A stretch of 39,202 nt of DNA, from assembly GCA_027604505.1 (NCBI GenBank), contig JADIIX010000081.1, forward strand, positions 62,001 to 101,202. Direction: 5' to 3'. The notes beneath the pieces were generated by a model that was not told the DNA's origin, ran no database searches, and saw only the letters and a list, made by a program, of their open reading frames with translations. The translations under genes and the position numbers were made by a program. Position 1 is the first letter of the stretch. Each line of letters opens with the position of its first letter. This DNA is from Gonapodya sp. JEL0774 (lineage: Eukaryota). Below are positions 37,659 to 39,202 of the stretch, in pieces.

Positions 37659-38347
37659 TCCACTGAAGCCATTTTCTCCCTCCTCATTTACAAGGATTGT
37701 GAGATTCAGGAGCTTTGTGCAGAGTTTGATCAAGTGCAGGGTTAAAACATGGAGCTCCCACTGAGGACAGCAGTGGTGGAGAGTAAGGTCCAGGAGGTGG
37801 TAAGGTGGACCAAAGGAACTAAGACTTTCAAGCTCAAAACATACATATAGAGAGATATATTAGGAGAGGAAGCACATCTCCTCAAATCTCTTTAACACTT
37901 TGCCCTCTGAGTGTCACCTAAGTGTAAAGTGTGTAGTGGGGCTGACACTGGCGATGGTCAAAAGGGAGGGAGAAGGTGTGTGGTATGATTGTATATTCGC
38001 AACTATCAGTCTATATATAGGAATACACCCAGGGCGCCACCCTAAGACCCTCAGGGTCCTGCAGAATGTGACTCTGTGGGATGTCAACACCGGAGCATCT
38101 AAAAATCAAAACGCCCCAAAACACCAAAATGTCAAAAGAGGGTCAAGGGGTTCTTAGGGGTTTCTGATTAGTCTCCTCAAGTTCTCTGGAAAGTATGTAG
38201 TCGGATGAACAACAGCAGATGGATGGATGGTGTAGTGGGTTTCACTCCTGTTTTCTGGGGACGGAGTGAATGCGTTCCGCGGTCGTGACCCAAGATGGAG
38301 GATGGATTCATTCTTTCCGAATACGAGTTATAAAACAAAAACATCTT

Positions 38348-39202
38348 TTAGAATAGCCTGACCTCGTTCTGGTGGAGCCATTGTCGCTCTGGTTCAGAGA
38401 GAAGATTCAGAAATTCTGGATAATACCTCAATTCCACATGACCAACACCTCCACTCTTCAACGACCAGAACGACCAACAGTGTGGGAAACAAATATGGAA
38501 AGGAGACTCGACTGTGCGACCAGTTGGAATTTCTCGAGGGAAATGTTCTACGCGGACTGCAAAATCTCCACGGAGGTCATGACCCAAGAAGCACCTCGTG
38601 ATATTGGATCGCTTGTCCTTGAATTTTAAAACCCAGAACGTTGGTCCACTTGGGCTACTGAGGAATGGTGGAACATATTCCCTCTGTGCCTGAGTGCGCT
38701 GCTGTGCGGCAGGTATCAAGTTGAACCCCTGGTGGTGCACAGCGGGAACTTGAAGCCTGAGCAACTGGCTTGCACTGTGCTGAGACAAGCGGGGTTGCGT
38801 AATGCCTTGGAATGGAGGCGTTGGTAGCAATGGGGTAGCCATTGAACTCTGCGATTGGCGAGGCTGAGAGTACTCAATCGCTCCAGTATTCCAATCAGTT
38901 CCAAAGGGGTGGGTGCTGAATTGTGGAGTTCCATTTTCCAGAGCATTAAACGCTGGGAATAGAACTCGTTCCATTGGTAGCGAGCTTTCATTGGTAGAGG
39001 GGACGACGTGCCATACTGCAGGCATTCGTTCGGCAGCAGGTTCTGCTACTTGGGAAGGTCGATCAGATGAACGTCTTCAGCTTCTCCCACGCCCACAACT
39101 TGATGACTGAGGAATGCTTAGCGTTGTGGAGTGTGTGGTGGCGGATGATCGGGACTCAGTTTCCTGATTGGCCTCACTGTTGCCCCCAATATTCGGAGTG
39201 AC
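38348..39202 (-). pseudogene. Hypothetical ORF running off the window edge, interrupted by TGA at 39079-39077; C-terminal Cys/His-containing globular segment
   Basis: The frame is open from 39202 to 38348 except for one TGA in SSCGRGRS*RRSS. C-terminal part FWVLKF..ITRCF..DFAVRVEH..PFHICFPHC looks folded. Family not recognised. Could also be an intact gene starting at ATG 39025. Confidence 0.4.

Noticed and set aside
37892..37966. Imperfect hairpin (agtgtca 37910 / tgacact 37943) after a TTAA, as a MITE or piggyBac end
   Set aside because: Only a 7-bp perfect stem, no matching second TTAA or TIR, and no second copy in the window.

Overview
Eukaryotic, intron-dense genomic DNA: short GT-AG introns, fungal-type genes, three N-gaps flanked by poly-G/C. 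Gene content suggests an early-diverging, probably zoosporic (chytrid/monoblepharid-like) fungus; this taxonomy is inference. Genes were spliced by hand. (1) A tail-to-tail pair of chemoreceptor-like membrane proteins: a 16-exon TM-dCache_1-TM-HAMP-TPR-vWA protein (286..4536 +, ~952 aa) and a 5-exon TM-dCache_1-TM-HAMP-short-tail protein (5606..7507 -, ~544 aa) with an exact amino-acid-binding motif. (2) A type-B carboxylesterase. (3) Two tandem copies of a pseudokinase-kinase-SH3 TKL-type gene. (4) An Amt/Mep ammonium transporter. (5) A long low-complexity ORF. (6) A pseudogenised FAD/BBE-like oxidoreductase. (7) A Cys-rich type-I membrane protein and a Cys-rich GPI-type surface protein. (8) An ankyrin-like gene with a decayed 3' end and a decayed ORF at the right edge. 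The best candidate for an undescribed system is the dCache-HAMP receptor pair, followed by the duplicated pseudokinase-kinase-SH3 genes.
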